A DNA stretch of 64,000 nucleotides. It comes from Firmicutes bacterium CAG:534. GTDB lineage: Bacteria; Pseudomonadota; Gammaproteobacteria; Enterobacterales; Succinivibrionaceae. The translations under genes and the position numbers were made by a program. How positions within the stretch are numbered: position 1 is the stretch's first letter; every line of letters starts with the position of its first letter. Below, in pieces: positions 9,040 to 18,762 of this stretch. Under the pieces are notes generated by a model. The model did not search any database. It was not told where the DNA came from and worked only from the letters and a program-made list of their open reading frames with translations. Where the stretch lies: NCBI GenBank assembly GCA_963650525.1, contig CAVJLP010000002.1:3816-67815 (forward strand), written 5' to 3'.

Positions 9040-10071
9040 ATGACTTTTAAGTGGAATAATGATTACAACTGTTCAGCTCATGCCAGCATCATCAAAGCCC
9101 TTGTAAATATTGAAAACGAGACCTACAACGGCTATGGTCTGGATGAATGGTGTGAAAAAGCCTCCCAGATTATTAAGGATAAGCTAAACGACCACAATGT
9201 GGATATACATTTTCTGGTGGGCGGTACACAGACTAATGTCACTGTTATCGATCATATACTTCGTCCCTGGGAAGCTACTGTATGTGTTGAATCCGGGCAT
9301 ATCAACGTTCATGAAACCGGAGCTCTTGAGCATTTAGGACATAAGTGCATTGCTGTACAGGGGAAAAACGGCAAGCTGACATCAGTTGCCTTAAAAAATG
9401 TTGCCAAATCCTTTGCCGATTCTGCAATCAAGGAACATGTTGTTGAACCTAAGCTTGTATATATATCGCAGCCATCCGAGCTTGGAACTGTATACAGCAA
9501 AGCTGAGCTAAAGGAATTAAAGAGCATCTGTGAACAGAATGGCTACTATCTTTTCATTGATGGAGCCCGTTTAGGTTACGGACTTGCTGCAACTGATGTT
9601 ACTTTTAGTGATTTACCCTCTCTGTGTGATGTGTTTTATATAGGTGGCACAAAATGCGGGGCCATGTTTGGCGAGGCTGTTGTTTTTACAGATAAATCAT
9701 TAAGCTCTCATTTTAGAGCCTCGATTAAGCAAAACGGCGGCATGCTAGCAAAGGGATGGCTACTGGGGTTGCAGTTTTTTGAGCTCTTTAAGGATGGTCT
9801 ATATTTTGATATTACAAAAAAGGCAGTGAGCTATGCTCAGATCCTAAAGACTGCGTTTATTAAGCATGGTGTAAAGCTATATACAGATAGTCCTACTAAT
9901 CAGCTTTTCGTTGTACTTAATGATGCTCAGTTAGAGAAAATTTCAAAGCATCATCAGCCGGAGGTTCAATGGCGAGAGTCTGACGGGCAAATGGTAGTTA
10001 GGTTCTGCACAAGCTGGAGTACCAAGGAGGAGGCTTTGAATTCTCTTATAGAGGATATCGAAAGCCTTTGA
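9040..10071 (+). CDS. Threonine aldolase / beta-eliminating lyase family PLP enzyme
   Basis: N-terminus MTFKWNNDYNCSAHASIIKAL....E.YNGYGLDEW; also GGTQTN and GGTKCG (PLP Lys). ATG 9040 is preferred over the TTG at 9025 in the ORF track. Confidence 0.7.
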   Translation: MTFKWNNDYNCSAHASIIKALVNIENETYNGYGLDEWCEKASQIIKDKLNDHNVDIHFLVGGTQTNVTVIDHILRPWEATVCVESGHINVHETGALEHLGHKCIAVQGKNGKLTSVALKNVAKSFADSAIKEHVVEPKLVYISQPSELGTVYSKAELKELKSICEQNGYYLFIDGARLGYGLAATDVTFSDLPSLCDVFYIGGTKCGAMFGEAVVFTDKSLSSHFRASIKQNGGMLAKGWLLGLQFFELFKDGLYFDITKKAVSYAQILKTAFIKHGVKLYTDSPTNQLFVVLNDAQLEKISKHHQPEVQWRESDGQMVVRFCTSWSTKEEALNSLIEDIESL

Positions 10072-10270
10072 TGCGTTTTGCACTTTATGTCGCTGTATTT
10101 AAAGTTAACCTACTGAAAATTAAATAAAAACCAGTATTTTGTGCTTTGCCTGATTGTAGTATAAAAGTCAGGCTATGAGTTATGAATCTATAAGATTTAA
10201 ACGGGATAAAACACAGTTTCGTTGCTAGGTTCAGATGAATTAGAGCTGTTAAAAAGTTAGGAGAAAAACA

Positions 10271-10594
10271 ATGTTTGCATTTCGTAAGGATGCTGTTTTC
10301 GAGCAGGTAGCACCTGGTGTAAAAAGGGCTGTTTTAGTACACGAGGGTGGCATGATGTGTGTTGAGAATGTCTTTGAAAAGGGCAGTGAAGGTGCAATGC
10401 ATTCACATCCTCACGAGCAGGTTACTTATGTATTGTCAGGAGAGTTTGAATTTACTATAGGTGATGAGACCCATATCGTAAAACAGGGAGATACCTTACA
10501 TAAAAATCCTAATATTATTCATGGTTGTAAATGCCTTGAAGCGGGGGTACTGTTAGATGTCTTCACTCCACAGCGTGAGGATTTTCTTAAGTAG
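10271..10594 (+). CDS. Cupin domain protein
   Basis: 107 aa. Cupin motifs G.(x)5HSHPHEQ and G..L....N..H. Strong SD (aggag) 8 nt upstream. Confidence 0.7.
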   Translation: MFAFRKDAVFEQVAPGVKRAVLVHEGGMMCVENVFEKGSEGAMHSHPHEQVTYVLSGEFEFTIGDETHIVKQGDTLHKNPNIIHGCKCLEAGVLLDVFTPQREDFLK

Positions 10595-10626
10595 CTTATA
10601 GAATTTATAATGACAATGCATAAATA

Positions 10627-10655
10627 AGCCGCAATGTATATATATATTGCGGCTA
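10627..10655 (-). terminator. Rho-independent terminator of pyrBI
   Basis: agccgcaat / attgcggct form a 9-bp stem. On the minus strand it is followed by ttatttatg. It lies 31 nt beyond the pyrI stop. Confidence 0.6.
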
Positions 10656-10685
10656 AATCATATTGGTATGCTGAGAGCTCAGCTC

Positions 10686-11201
10686 CTACTTGGAGACTTT
10701 AACTTCAAGTCCGTTGTACTCAAGGATTGTCTCGCGGCTGAACTCACGTTCGCAATAGTGGCAGCGCATCATGACATTACCGTTTTTGTCAGTGCGAATT
10801 AAAAAGCGTGGAGTTGCACCAAGCTCAATATGAGTAATGCAGTTTGAGTTAGGGCATTTGAAATCGCCAACGGTTTCATGAGGAAGGCGTAGCTTGTATT
10901 TGTCTACAACCTTATAATCCTTGATTTCATTGACAGTGGCATTAGGGGCAAGAATTGCAAGCTGTCCGGTTTCTGATGGGGAAAACACAACATTTGCGAT
11001 CTTTATGAGATCTTTTTTACCCATATCGCCTGAACGCATATTAAAGCCAACTGTGAGCTCATTGTTCTTAGACAAGAACTTGAACATGCGCAGAATATTG
11101 ATAGCCTGACCCGGAGCAATATGATCGATTACAGTACCATTTGAAATGGCTTCAACCATCAAGTGTCCTTGATCGGCGTTGGTATTAGGATTAACAGCCA
11201 T
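10686..11201 (-). CDS. pyrI: Aspartate carbamoyltransferase regulatory subunit
   Basis: Contains VEAISNGTVIDHI and the Zn-domain cysteines CPNSNC...C.YCE. It directly follows pyrB with a 1-nt gap. Confidence 0.92.
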   Translation of the reverse strand: MAVNPNTNADQGHLMVEAISNGTVIDHIAPGQAINILRMFKFLSKNNELTVGFNMRSGDMGKKDLIKIANVVFSPSETGQLAILAPNATVNEIKDYKVVDKYKLRLPHETVGDFKCPNSNCITHIELGATPRFLIRTDKNGNVMMRCHYCEREFSRETILEYNGLEVKVSK

Positions 11202-11202
11202 T

Positions 11203-12126
11203 TTAAATCTCCTTGTTCATGACCAGTGCCAAAATTGCCTCACGGGCGTATACGCCATTCGCTGCCTGCTTGAAGTAGTATGCGTGAGGGTTCTGATCGA
11301 CATCGATGGTGATCTCATCAATACGAGGAAGTGGGTGCAGGATCTTCATATTTTCCTGAGCAGTCTCAAGCATATCTGCAGTAAGAACAAACTTAGAACG
11401 CAAATTCTGATATTCGGTTTCATCAAAGCGCTCTTTCTGTACGCGGGTCATATAAAGAATGTCTACCTCAGGGATGACCTCCTCTAGGGTATCGTGGAAG
11501 GTAACCTTGATATTGCGTTCTTTTAGAATGTCCAGAATGTACTGAGGCATAGCCAGAGATTCAGGAGATACCAGCATGATCTCGGCATTATAGAGTGATA
11601 AAGCCTCTGCTAGGGAGTGGACTGTACGACCATACTTCAAGTCACCAACAAAGGCGATCTTGATGCGATCAAGATGGCCCTGAGTTTCATAGATTGAGAA
11701 TAGGTCTAGCATGGTCTGAGATGGATGCTGATTGGAACCGTCGCCGGCATTAATAATAGGTACCGGAGCCAAATCGGCAGCTAAACGCGCTGCACCTTCA
11801 CGGTGGTGACGGATCACCAGTGCATCCACATAGGAGGTAATGATGCGGATTGAATCCATCAGGGTCTCACCTTTTTTGCCAAGTGAGGTATTTGCGGCAT
11901 CAGGGAAGCCGATAACTTGACCGCCCAGACGGTGAATAGCAGTTTCAAAGGAAAGACGGGTACGGGTTGAGCCTTCAAAAAAGGTTACACCAATGAGTTT
12001 GTCTTTTAGTAGATCGTTGCGGGGATGAGCCTTTAATTCACGAGCAGTTTTTAGAATAAGCTCGATATGTTCTTTGGTGAACTCGGACACAGATATGATA
12101 TCTGTTTGGAAAAGAGGATTGGTCAT
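11203..12126 (-). CDS. pyrB: Aspartate carbamoyltransferase catalytic subunit
   Basis: [16 protein letters not shown]... aligns with E. coli MANPLYQKHIISINDL. Contains [15 protein letters not shown] and HPLPR. The 35 extra codons from TTG 12231 in the ORF track have no homology. Confidence 0.92.
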   Translation of the reverse strand: MTNPLFQTDIISVSEFTKEHIELILKTARELKAHPRNDLLKDKLIGVTFFEGSTRTRLSFETAIHRLGGQVIGFPDAANTSLGKKGETLMDSIRIITSYVDALVIRHHREGAARLAADLAPVPIINAGDGSNQHPSQTMLDLFSIYETQGHLDRIKIAFVGDLKYGRTVHSLAEALSLYNAEIMLVSPESLAMPQYILDILKERNIKVTFHDTLEEVIPEVDILYMTRVQKERFDETEYQNLRSKFVLTADMLETAQENMKILHPLPRIDEITIDVDQNPHAYYFKQAANGVYAREAILALVMNKEI

Positions 12127-12371
12127 ATAAGTCCCTTGTAACTGATGAATGTAACAGTTTGGAACGGGACGCTCTTTCAGGAGCGAATATGTGCTTTGAT
12201 GCACTGTTCCTGAAAACTGTATTATACGCAAACTATCGTCAATGGGCTTGGCTTATTTTTAATTGCTTTGATTTTTAAGAAAATTTTGTCTTTGGGAAAT
12301 ATTTCTGGAGGAGATTTTGGGCAAAATTAAAATGCCAGATTTAATTTTTTTGTTTTTAAATAAAAAAATGC

Positions 12372-12401
12372 TTTACAAACCTAAATTGTCTCCTATATAA
12401 T
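12372..12401 (+). promoter_or_regulatory. Sigma70-type promoter of tRNA-Trp
   Basis: TTTACA (12372-12377), an 18-nt spacer, TATAAT (12396-12401), then a GC-rich discriminator (agcgcc) about 10 nt before the mature 5' end. Confidence 0.5.
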
Positions 12402-12415
12402 AGCGCCTGTTTCAC

Positions 12416-12491
12416 AGGGGCGTAGTTCCAATGGTAGAACAGCGGTCTCCAAAACCGACGGTTGAGAGTTCGAGCCTTTCCGCCCCTGCCA
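12416..12491 (+). tRNA. trpT: tRNA-Trp (anticodon CCA)
   Basis: AGGGGCGTAGTTCCAATGGTAGAACAGCGGTCTCCAAAACCGACGGTTGAGAGTTCGAGCCTTTCCGCCCCTGCCA. It folds as a cloverleaf with anticodon loop CUCCAAA and an encoded CCA end. Nearly identical in layout to E. coli tRNA-Trp. Confidence 0.95.
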
Positions 12492-12655
12492 TCTAATTGC
12501 AAATTCTGCAGATTTTCCTGAATATAGATTAAAGACGTAGCAGTGTTGTGTTTTCTGCGCTGTGCTATATTTTGTCTTGCGCCCATATCGTCCCGTCAAA
12601 AGGGATGATGTGAAGTACTCCTCCTTTTTTAATAATCATTCTCCAGCGGATAAAA

Positions 12656-13585
12656 TCAGAGCTTGTCTTTAAAATGATGTTGCAGGAATGCCCAGATAGC
12701 AGCTTTGCCATCATCTAAAAAAGCGCATGTTCCCTCATTTTGATAATGAACTTTGTTTAATAAAAGTATATCGTATGGCAGATAATGCAAGCTTGCATCA
12801 TACGGCAGTAAGGATATCCCCTTAGATTTTAAAAATACCTTTAACGAGGCAAGATATGGGATATTGCTGTTTTCCTCTATATATATATCAGCACGTTTCT
12901 TCCTAAGATGCCAATTTGTTATATTTCGTGGTTCTACATTATTCAAAGTGCTATTTTGATTAAATCCCTGATCCTGAAGCGGTATGTTGTGAGCTGTATT
13001 AGGAGTTGCTGCTATATTTTCAGCTGAGATTGGGGGCTGGTAGAAATAGTCGTCAGGCAGTGGGATCTCATCAGAGGTCGTGTTAGAGGCTACAAAAGCT
13101 GCTGATTGCTCAGCATCATAAATACCTGTGTTGGATTTTTGAGTATTTAAAGTAGTTACAGCTTTTTTAGGTAAGTCTGAAGTTTTAGCAGTATCACCTG
13201 TAGTTGTGGCAGTTTCTACATCGGTGTAGGAGGTTTTGGTGTTTTGCCTGATTTCCTGATTTTGGGGAAGAGAAGCTGCGGGAGCGTTTGAATTCTCTGC
13301 TGTTTTAGCAATATCTTTATTGGATTGAATGGATGTTGATGCTTTATTTTGCGCAAATACTTTTTCTTGAGTATCAGCAATGTTTTGGCTGGATATTTCT
13401 TTGCTTTGTAGCTTTGGGATATTTTGATCTGCTATTTGATCAGATACGGTATTTTCGCTATTTGATAGCGTAGTGCAAGCATTTATGGTGACATTTTGTT
13501 GATCAATGCTACTGGAGCAATCTTTTTTAAGCAAAGATCTGCCCTTATTATTGAGTTTCCATCTAATGTCTAAATTGCTTTGCAT
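12656..13585 (-). CDS. Hypothetical S/T/N/Q-rich protein; possibly a divergent DNA polymerase III psi (HolD)-like protein
   Basis: 309 aa. About 200 aa of low-complexity sequence is flanked by an N-terminal RWKLNNKG (compare E. coli HolD DWQLQQLG) and a C-terminal GKAAIWAFLQHHF (compare ARAALWQQICTYEHDF). It lies near rimI, as holD does in E. coli. The functional call is speculative. Confidence 0.55.
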   Translation of the reverse strand: MQSNLDIRWKLNNKGRSLLKKDCSSSIDQQNVTINACTTLSNSENTVSDQIADQNIPKLQSKEISSQNIADTQEKVFAQNKASTSIQSNKDIAKTAENSNAPAASLPQNQEIRQNTKTSYTDVETATTTGDTAKTSDLPKKAVTTLNTQKSNTGIYDAEQSAAFVASNTTSDEIPLPDDYFYQPPISAENIAATPNTAHNIPLQDQGFNQNSTLNNVEPRNITNWHLRKKRADIYIEENSNIPYLASLKVFLKSKGISLLPYDASLHYLPYDILLLNKVHYQNEGTCAFLDDGKAAIWAFLQHHFKDKL

Positions 13586-13800
13586 GGCGGTCTCTCATTC
13601 GTATTTGCGTAAAGCGGATCTCAATAGTATGGCAAGGTAGGAGTTGCTTGCAAGCTCTTGAAGGAAAATAAGCGGATAAGGCTTGGTGTGGAGAAATTTG
13701 ATACAGGTATTTTTGTGCAAAATTTGTGAATTGAGAGGCAATTGTTTTGATATTGCTTCGGTTAGTATGAAAGTAGAGATTGCCTTTGAGAGGGCATTTT

Positions 13801-14355
13801 ATGTTCAAAATACTTACTAAGGCTTGCTTTTTGCTAGGTGCCGTTACTTTGTTGTTTTCAAGCACTGTTGCTGTTGCAGAAAGTGATATTGCAGTTATCT
13901 ATTATTCACACAGTGGTAATACTGCAAAAACAGCTCAAATTATTAAGGATTTAACCGCAGCTGATCTTTATCAAGTGCTTCCTGCTCCAGATTATCCTGA
14001 TGATAATCAGGCACTCTCACAGGATGCTAGGAAAGAGCGTGATACCAATACTTTGCATGGTTTTAAGCCACTCTCTGTAGATTTTTCAAAGTATCAGACT
14101 ATTGTTTTGGCTGCTCCTACTTGGGTTGATCAAATTCCTACTCCTCTTGAGAAATATTTGAGTACTGTTGCAGGAGAGTTTGCAGGTAAAAAGGTAATTA
14201 CCTTCAATAGTCACGCCGGCAGTGGCATTGCAAAGACTCGTGACGATTTTGAAAGGATTGTGACAAAGGCTGATTTTGGAACTCACCTATGCTCATCAGG
14301 TATTGCATCAAAGGATGAGGTTGAGGCTTGGCTTGAGGAAAACGGAGTGAAGTAA
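13801..14355 (+). CDS. Flavodoxin-family protein with N-terminal signal peptide
   Basis: MFKILTKACFLLGAVTLLFSSTVAVAES signal-like segment, then the flavodoxin FMN-loop YYSHSGNT. ATG 13801 is preferred to the upstream start in the ORF track. Confidence 0.7.
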   Translation: MFKILTKACFLLGAVTLLFSSTVAVAESDIAVIYYSHSGNTAKTAQIIKDLTAADLYQVLPAPDYPDDNQALSQDARKERDTNTLHGFKPLSVDFSKYQTIVLAAPTWVDQIPTPLEKYLSTVAGEFAGKKVITFNSHAGSGIAKTRDDFERIVTKADFGTHLCSSGIASKDEVEAWLEENGVK

Positions 14356-14373
14356 TATAAGGCTTGTTTATCT

Positions 14374-14410
14374 ATCATGGTCTCTTGAACAGATGGCCAT
14401 GATTTTTTAT
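14374..14410 (+). terminator. Rho-independent terminator after the flavodoxin gene
   Basis: atcatgg / ccatgat stem followed by tttttt. Confidence 0.5.
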
Positions 14411-14463
14411 AGTTGAAAGCATAAGATCAGCTACAAAACACCAGCTTTGAAAACAGGTGGATT

Positions 14464-14979
14464 ATGACAGTAAGTGCTCATAATGATATAAGTGTAAGGG
14501 TTTGCTCAAAATCAGATGCCACAGGTAACTTAGTTGATGCTCTTGAGCTTATTGAGCAGCGTACCATGAAGAATCCTTGGAGTGCGCAGTCCTTAAAGGA
14601 ATGCTTTGATGATGCATATAAGATGCTGGTGATTTTTAAGGGAGTAAAACCTGCAGGCTTTGCTGTAATTTACAGCACCAAGATAACCACAGATCTGCTT
14701 ACCATTGCTATCGATCCCATGTACCAAGGACAAGGACTTGGCAGGATGTTGCTTTCAAAAACCCTGCAGGAGGCTCTGGCTCAGTCTGCAGATGAGTGTT
14801 TTCTTGAGGTAAGAGCAAGTAATTTTCGTGCGCAGAATCTTTATTCAAGCTTAGGCTTTGAGAAGGTTGGTGTGCGTAAAGGATACTATGAAGCCACCGG
14901 TGATTCTCCTCAGGAAGATGCCTTTACTATGTGTCTTGCTAGTATCCAGAGCGCAATTGATCAAAAACTCATTAAATGA
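14464..14979 (+). CDS. rimI: Ribosomal-protein-alanine N-acetyltransferase
   Basis: GNAT core QGQGLGRMLL, LEVRASN..A..LY..LGFE..G.RKGYY. Size and layout match RimI. Confidence 0.8.
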   Translation: MTVSAHNDISVRVCSKSDATGNLVDALELIEQRTMKNPWSAQSLKECFDDAYKMLVIFKGVKPAGFAVIYSTKITTDLLTIAIDPMYQGQGLGRMLLSKTLQEALAQSADECFLEVRASNFRAQNLYSSLGFEKVGVRKGYYEATGDSPQEDAFTMCLASIQSAIDQKLIK

Positions 14980-15355
14980 TCTCATAGCAACATGCGCTAG
15001 TTGCAATTTTCTATCAACTTTCTTACATATCAGTCTGTTGCCTTCTGAAAACGCAAAAATGTGCCGCAAAGCACGGCGAATTTTTGTGTTTCCTTTGTTA
15101 TTTTGTATAAGTAACATGTTACAGAAGTGAGTAAATAATAATTAACTAAATAAAAACTTTAAAAATCAAGCTATTAAGCTATTTAATCTTCCATTTAAGC
15201 ACTTTCATAAATGTGATCTTCGTGGCGTTTAGCGCATTGAAATTTATCAAATCTCCGTAACTTGCTTTCAATGCTTTAAAATACATTCGATCAACCTAAG
15301 ACATATTTGATGATGTGTCTTACTCATAAAAACTTATTGGACACAGGAAACAGCC

Positions 15356-16900
15356 ATGCTGATAGGTATTCCAAAAGAGAGTCTCAGCGGTGAGACTAGG
15401 GTTGCAGCAACCCCCGACACCGTAGCCAAGCTCTTAAAGCTCGGCTTTGAAGTTCAAGTGCAATCAGGAGCTGGTGCTCTCGCAAGCTTTACTGATGCAG
15501 CCTATGAAGAGGCAGGCGCCAAGGTCGCAACTTCAAAAGAAGTATGGGACAGCGATATTATCTTCAAGGTAAATGCTCCTAACGATGATGAGATTGGATA
15601 TACAAAGGAAGGACAGGTTTTAGTCTCTTTCATTCGTCCTGCTCAGAATAAAGAGTTAGTGGACAAGTTAAATGCCAAGAAGGTCACCGTAATGGCCATG
15701 GATATGGTGCCGAGAATTTCCCGTGCCCAGTCAATGGATGCATTGTCTTCTACTGCTAATATTTCAGGCTACCGTGCTGTAGTCGAAGCAGCTCATGCTT
15801 TCGGTAGATTCTTCACCGGTCAGGTTACTGCTGCAGGTAAGGTTCCTCCTGCAAAGGTCCTTGTCATCGGTGCAGGTGTTGCAGGCTTAGCTGCAATCGG
15901 TACTGCTCACTCCTTAGGCGCCGTTGTTCGTGCCTTCGATACCCGTGAGGTCGTAGCCGATCAGATTAAGTCCATGGGTGGTGAGTTCTTAAAGCTTGAT
16001 TACGTCGAAGAGGGTAAGGATTCCTCAGACGGCTATGCTAAGGTCATGTCCGAGGGCTATATCAAAGCTGAGATGGAACTCTTTGCCAAGCAGTGCAAAG
16101 AAGTCGATATCATCATTACTACCGCAGCAATTCCTGGTAAGAAGTCTCCTTTGCTTATTACCAAGGAAATGGTTGAGTCCATGAAATGCGGCTCTGTTGT
16201 TGTCGATATGGCAGCTGCCGGTGGCGGTAACTGTGCCTGTACTGTGCCAGGTGAGGTCATTACTACCGATAACGGCGTTACCGTGATTGGTTACACTGAT
16301 TTGGCATCCCGTTTGCCTGCTCAGTCCTCACAGCTGTATTCCACCAACCTTGTCAACCTAGCCAAGCTTTTGTGCAAGAACAAGGATGGTCAGATCGATC
16401 TTAATTTTGATGACGTAGTCATTCGTAATATGACCGTCACTAAAGATGGTGAGGTTACCTTCCCTCCTCCGAAGATCTCCGTATCCGCAGCTCCTGCAGC
16501 ACAGAAGCCTGCTGAGGCTCCTAAGGTAGAGGTCCATAAGGTCTCTCCTGTATTAAAGATTGGCTGTGCCGCTTTGGCTGTGATCGCATTCATCCTTATT
16601 GGTATGTTTGCTCCGCAGAAGTTCATGCCTCACTTTGCAGTGTTCGTTTTGGCCATCGTAGTCGGCTACTATGTAGTCTGGAACGTAAGCCATTCTCTGC
16701 ATACTCCGTTGATGTCTGTTACTAATGCAATTTCAGGTATTATCGTGGTCGGTGCAATGGAGCAGGTTCATTCATCAGGCGGTAGCGTGATTGCAGGTAT
16801 CCTTGCCTTCATCGGTACTGTGATTGTTTCTATTAACATCTTCGGTGGCTTCGCAGTTACACGTCGCATGCTGGGAATGTTTAGAAAACAGGGCAAATAA
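15356..16900 (+). CDS. pntA: NAD(P) transhydrogenase subunit alpha
   Basis: MLIGIPKE...[21 protein letters not shown], and a C-terminal 4-TM domain. Followed by pntB. Confidence 0.95.
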   Translation: MLIGIPKESLSGETRVAATPDTVAKLLKLGFEVQVQSGAGALASFTDAAYEEAGAKVATSKEVWDSDIIFKVNAPNDDEIGYTKEGQVLVSFIRPAQNKELVDKLNAKKVTVMAMDMVPRISRAQSMDALSSTANISGYRAVVEAAHAFGRFFTGQVTAAGKVPPAKVLVIGAGVAGLAAIGTAHSLGAVVRAFDTREVVADQIKSMGGEFLKLDYVEEGKDSSDGYAKVMSEGYIKAEMELFAKQCKEVDIIITTAAIPGKKSPLLITKEMVESMKCGSVVVDMAAAGGGNCACTVPGEVITTDNGVTVIGYTDLASRLPAQSSQLYSTNLVNLAKLLCKNKDGQIDLNFDDVVIRNMTVTKDGEVTFPPPKISVSAAPAAQKPAEAPKVEVHKVSPVLKIGCAALAVIAFILIGMFAPQKFMPHFAVFVLAIVVGYYVVWNVSHSLHTPLMSVTNAISGIIVVGAMEQVHSSGGSVIAGILAFIGTVIVSINIFGGFAVTRRMLGMFRKQGK

Positions 16901-16919
16901 GGGAACAGGAGAATAAAAA

Positions 16920-18353
16920 ATGTCAGAAGGCTTAACTTATATTGCCTACATCTTCTCAGCTCTGCTGTTCATTCTAGCTTTGGCAGGTTTGTCAAAGCAG
17001 GAAACTGCTAAGCTTGGTTGCTATTCAGGCGTTGCCGGTATGGCTATTGCACTTTTGGCCACCTTTACCAAGGCCGATGGTGCAACTGCGGTTGTAATTA
17101 TTATCTTCGCTATGGTCGTCGGTGCTGTTGTTGGCTTGATTGCTGCACGTAAGGTACAGATGACCCAGATGCCAGAGCTTATCGCTTGCCTGCATTCCTT
17201 CGTAGGTTTGTGCGCAGTATTGGTAGGCTTTAATACCTATCTAGAGCTAGACTCTCTTGCTGATGGCGGCGTTACTCTTGCAACTGCACTTCAGACTTCA
17301 GGCGAATTAGGCATTCACTTAGGTGAAATCTTCTTAGGTATCTTCATCGGCGCTGTAACCTTCACCGGTTCCATCATTGCCTATGGTAAGTTAAACGGTA
17401 CCTATAAGCTTCGCATCTTTAAGTCCGCTCCTTTGGTTCTTCCTGCTAATCACTGGATCAACTTAGGCGCTTTGGTTGTGTGCTTCCTGCTTATGATCCT
17501 ATTCGTAAGCGGTGGTGTTGATGCCTCAGCAGCTCCTTTGCTTTTGATGACCATTATCGCATTGGCCTTTGGTGTTAACCTCGTTGTCGCCATCGGTGGT
17601 GCTGATATGCCGGTTGTTATTTCCATGCTGAACTCCTATTCAGGATGGGCTGCAGCAGCCTCAGGCTTCATGCTCGACAATGATCTCCTCATCGTAACTG
17701 GTGCATTGGTTGGCTCCTCTGGTGCCATCCTCTCTTACATCATGTGTAAGGCTATGAACCGCTCCTTCATTTCTGTTATTGCTGGTGGTTTCGGCAATGC
17801 TCCTACCTCTACTGAGGATAAGGACTACGGTGAGTTCCATGAGATGAAGGTAAACGATGTAGCAGAGCTTTTGAAGAATTCTTCATCAGTTATTATTGCT
17901 CCAGGCTACGGTATGGCTGTAGCTCAGGCTCAGAATGCTGTAGCAACCTTGGTTGAAAAGCTTCAGGCTCGTAACATCGAGGTTCGTTTTGCAATTCATC
18001 CAGTAGCAGGCCGTCTGCCAGGCCACATGAATGTGCTTTTGGCTGAAGCCAAGGTTCCTTACGATATCGTATTGGAAATGGATGAAATCAATGATGATTT
18101 CGAGAATACCGATACTGTACTGGTTATTGGTGCTAACGATACTGTCAACCCTGCAGCTGAGGAAGATCCTTCTTCACCTATTGCAGGTATGCCGGTTCTC
18201 ACCGTTTGGAAGGCTCGTAACGTTGTCGTCTTCAAGCGTTCTATGAATCCAGGTTATGCCGGTGTTCAGAATCCTTTGTTCTTCAAGGACAATGCTTCAA
18301 TGTGCTTTGGTGATGCCAAGAAGACTGTCGAGGAAATCGACGCTCTCTTGTAA
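16920..18353 (+). CDS. pntB: NAD(P) transhydrogenase subunit beta
   Basis: N-terminal polytopic domain and a C-terminal NADP(H) domain ([37 protein letters not shown]). Confidence 0.95.
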   Translation: MSEGLTYIAYIFSALLFILALAGLSKQETAKLGCYSGVAGMAIALLATFTKADGATAVVIIIFAMVVGAVVGLIAARKVQMTQMPELIACLHSFVGLCAVLVGFNTYLELDSLADGGVTLATALQTSGELGIHLGEIFLGIFIGAVTFTGSIIAYGKLNGTYKLRIFKSAPLVLPANHWINLGALVVCFLLMILFVSGGVDASAAPLLLMTIIALAFGVNLVVAIGGADMPVVISMLNSYSGWAAAASGFMLDNDLLIVTGALVGSSGAILSYIMCKAMNRSFISVIAGGFGNAPTSTEDKDYGEFHEMKVNDVAELLKNSSSVIIAPGYGMAVAQAQNAVATLVEKLQARNIEVRFAIHPVAGRLPGHMNVLLAEAKVPYDIVLEMDEINDDFENTDTVLVIGANDTVNPAAEEDPSSPIAGMPVLTVWKARNVVVFKRSMNPGYAGVQNPLFFKDNASMCFGDAKKTVEEIDALL

Positions 18354-18381
18354 TTAGCTGTTTGGCACTGAATATAAAAAC

Positions 18382-18411
18382 AGACCTCGGGTAATGCCGG
18401 GGTCTTTTTTT
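18382..18411 (+). terminator. Rho-independent terminator of pntAB
   Basis: agacctcgg / ccggggtct (9 bp, one G-U pair) followed by a T7 run. Confidence 0.8.
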
Positions 18412-18483
18412 GATATGAGCGTGCTTTCAGATTTGTAATTTTTGGCATAATTGCAAAACGTAATCATTTCAAAGGAGTACAGC

Positions 18484-18762
18484 ATGGGTTTAGCCTCCCT
18501 TATTTGCGGCCTTGTCACGCTCTGTATGGCTTTGTTTTCTGCAACTGGTCTGGGGGTAGTCGGCATAGCTTTAGGTATTATAGGAATTATCCTTGGCGCA
18601 TTGGGACGCAAGGATGCCGATCAGCGTAGCATGGCAACCGCCGGCCTTATTATTTCGATAATTGGTCTATTCATAAATATCATCGTGCTCGTTGCCTGTG
18701 TAGGATGTTTAGCTGCCTTAGGTATTGGCCTTGGTGCAGTTGCAGCAGGTGGCGGACTTTAG
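18484..18762 (+). CDS. Small Gly/Ile-rich membrane protein (DUF4190-like)
   Basis: 92 aa from ATG 18484, with SD aaggag 7 nt upstream. Three hydrophobic G/I/L-rich segments. The TTG 18451 start in the ORF track was rejected. Confidence 0.55.
   Translation: MGLASLICGLVTLCMALFSATGLGVVGIALGIIGIILGALGRKDADQRSMATAGLIISIIGLFINIIVLVACVGCLAALGIGLGAVAAGGGL

Noticed and set aside
12127-12231. N-terminal extension of pyrB from a TTG start, and a possible pyrL-type leader/attenuator (cgctc-ctgaaa-gagcg hairpin, TATAAT at 12226-12221).
   Set aside because: The extension has no homology to PyrB. The hairpin is not followed by a U-tract, no leader peptide ORF is evident, and the -35/-10 spacing I could find is wrong (10 nt). 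I therefore do not call an attenuator or promoter.
12356-12599. Two minus-strand ORFs (76 and 68 aa) in the ORF track.
   Set aside because: They run antisense straight across the tRNA-Trp gene (12416-12491) and its promoter. They have no SD and no recognisable protein features, so they are shadow ORFs.
12416-12655. tRNA-Trp as a possible genomic-island integration site.
   Set aside because: There is no integrase, no duplicated tRNA 3' segment (att repeat), and the flanking genes are housekeeping.
15209-15232. CRP-like half-site TGTGAT in the long pntA leader.
   Set aside because: The second half-site (TCACA, 6 nt away) is absent (cttcgtGGCGT). One half-site alone is not meaningful.
18705-18761. 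Longer lgt start from the ORF track.
   Set aside because: The extra 19 codons lie inside the preceding small membrane-protein gene and add a non-homologous Cys/Trp/Arg-rich sequence. Lgt homology starts at the GTG at 18762.
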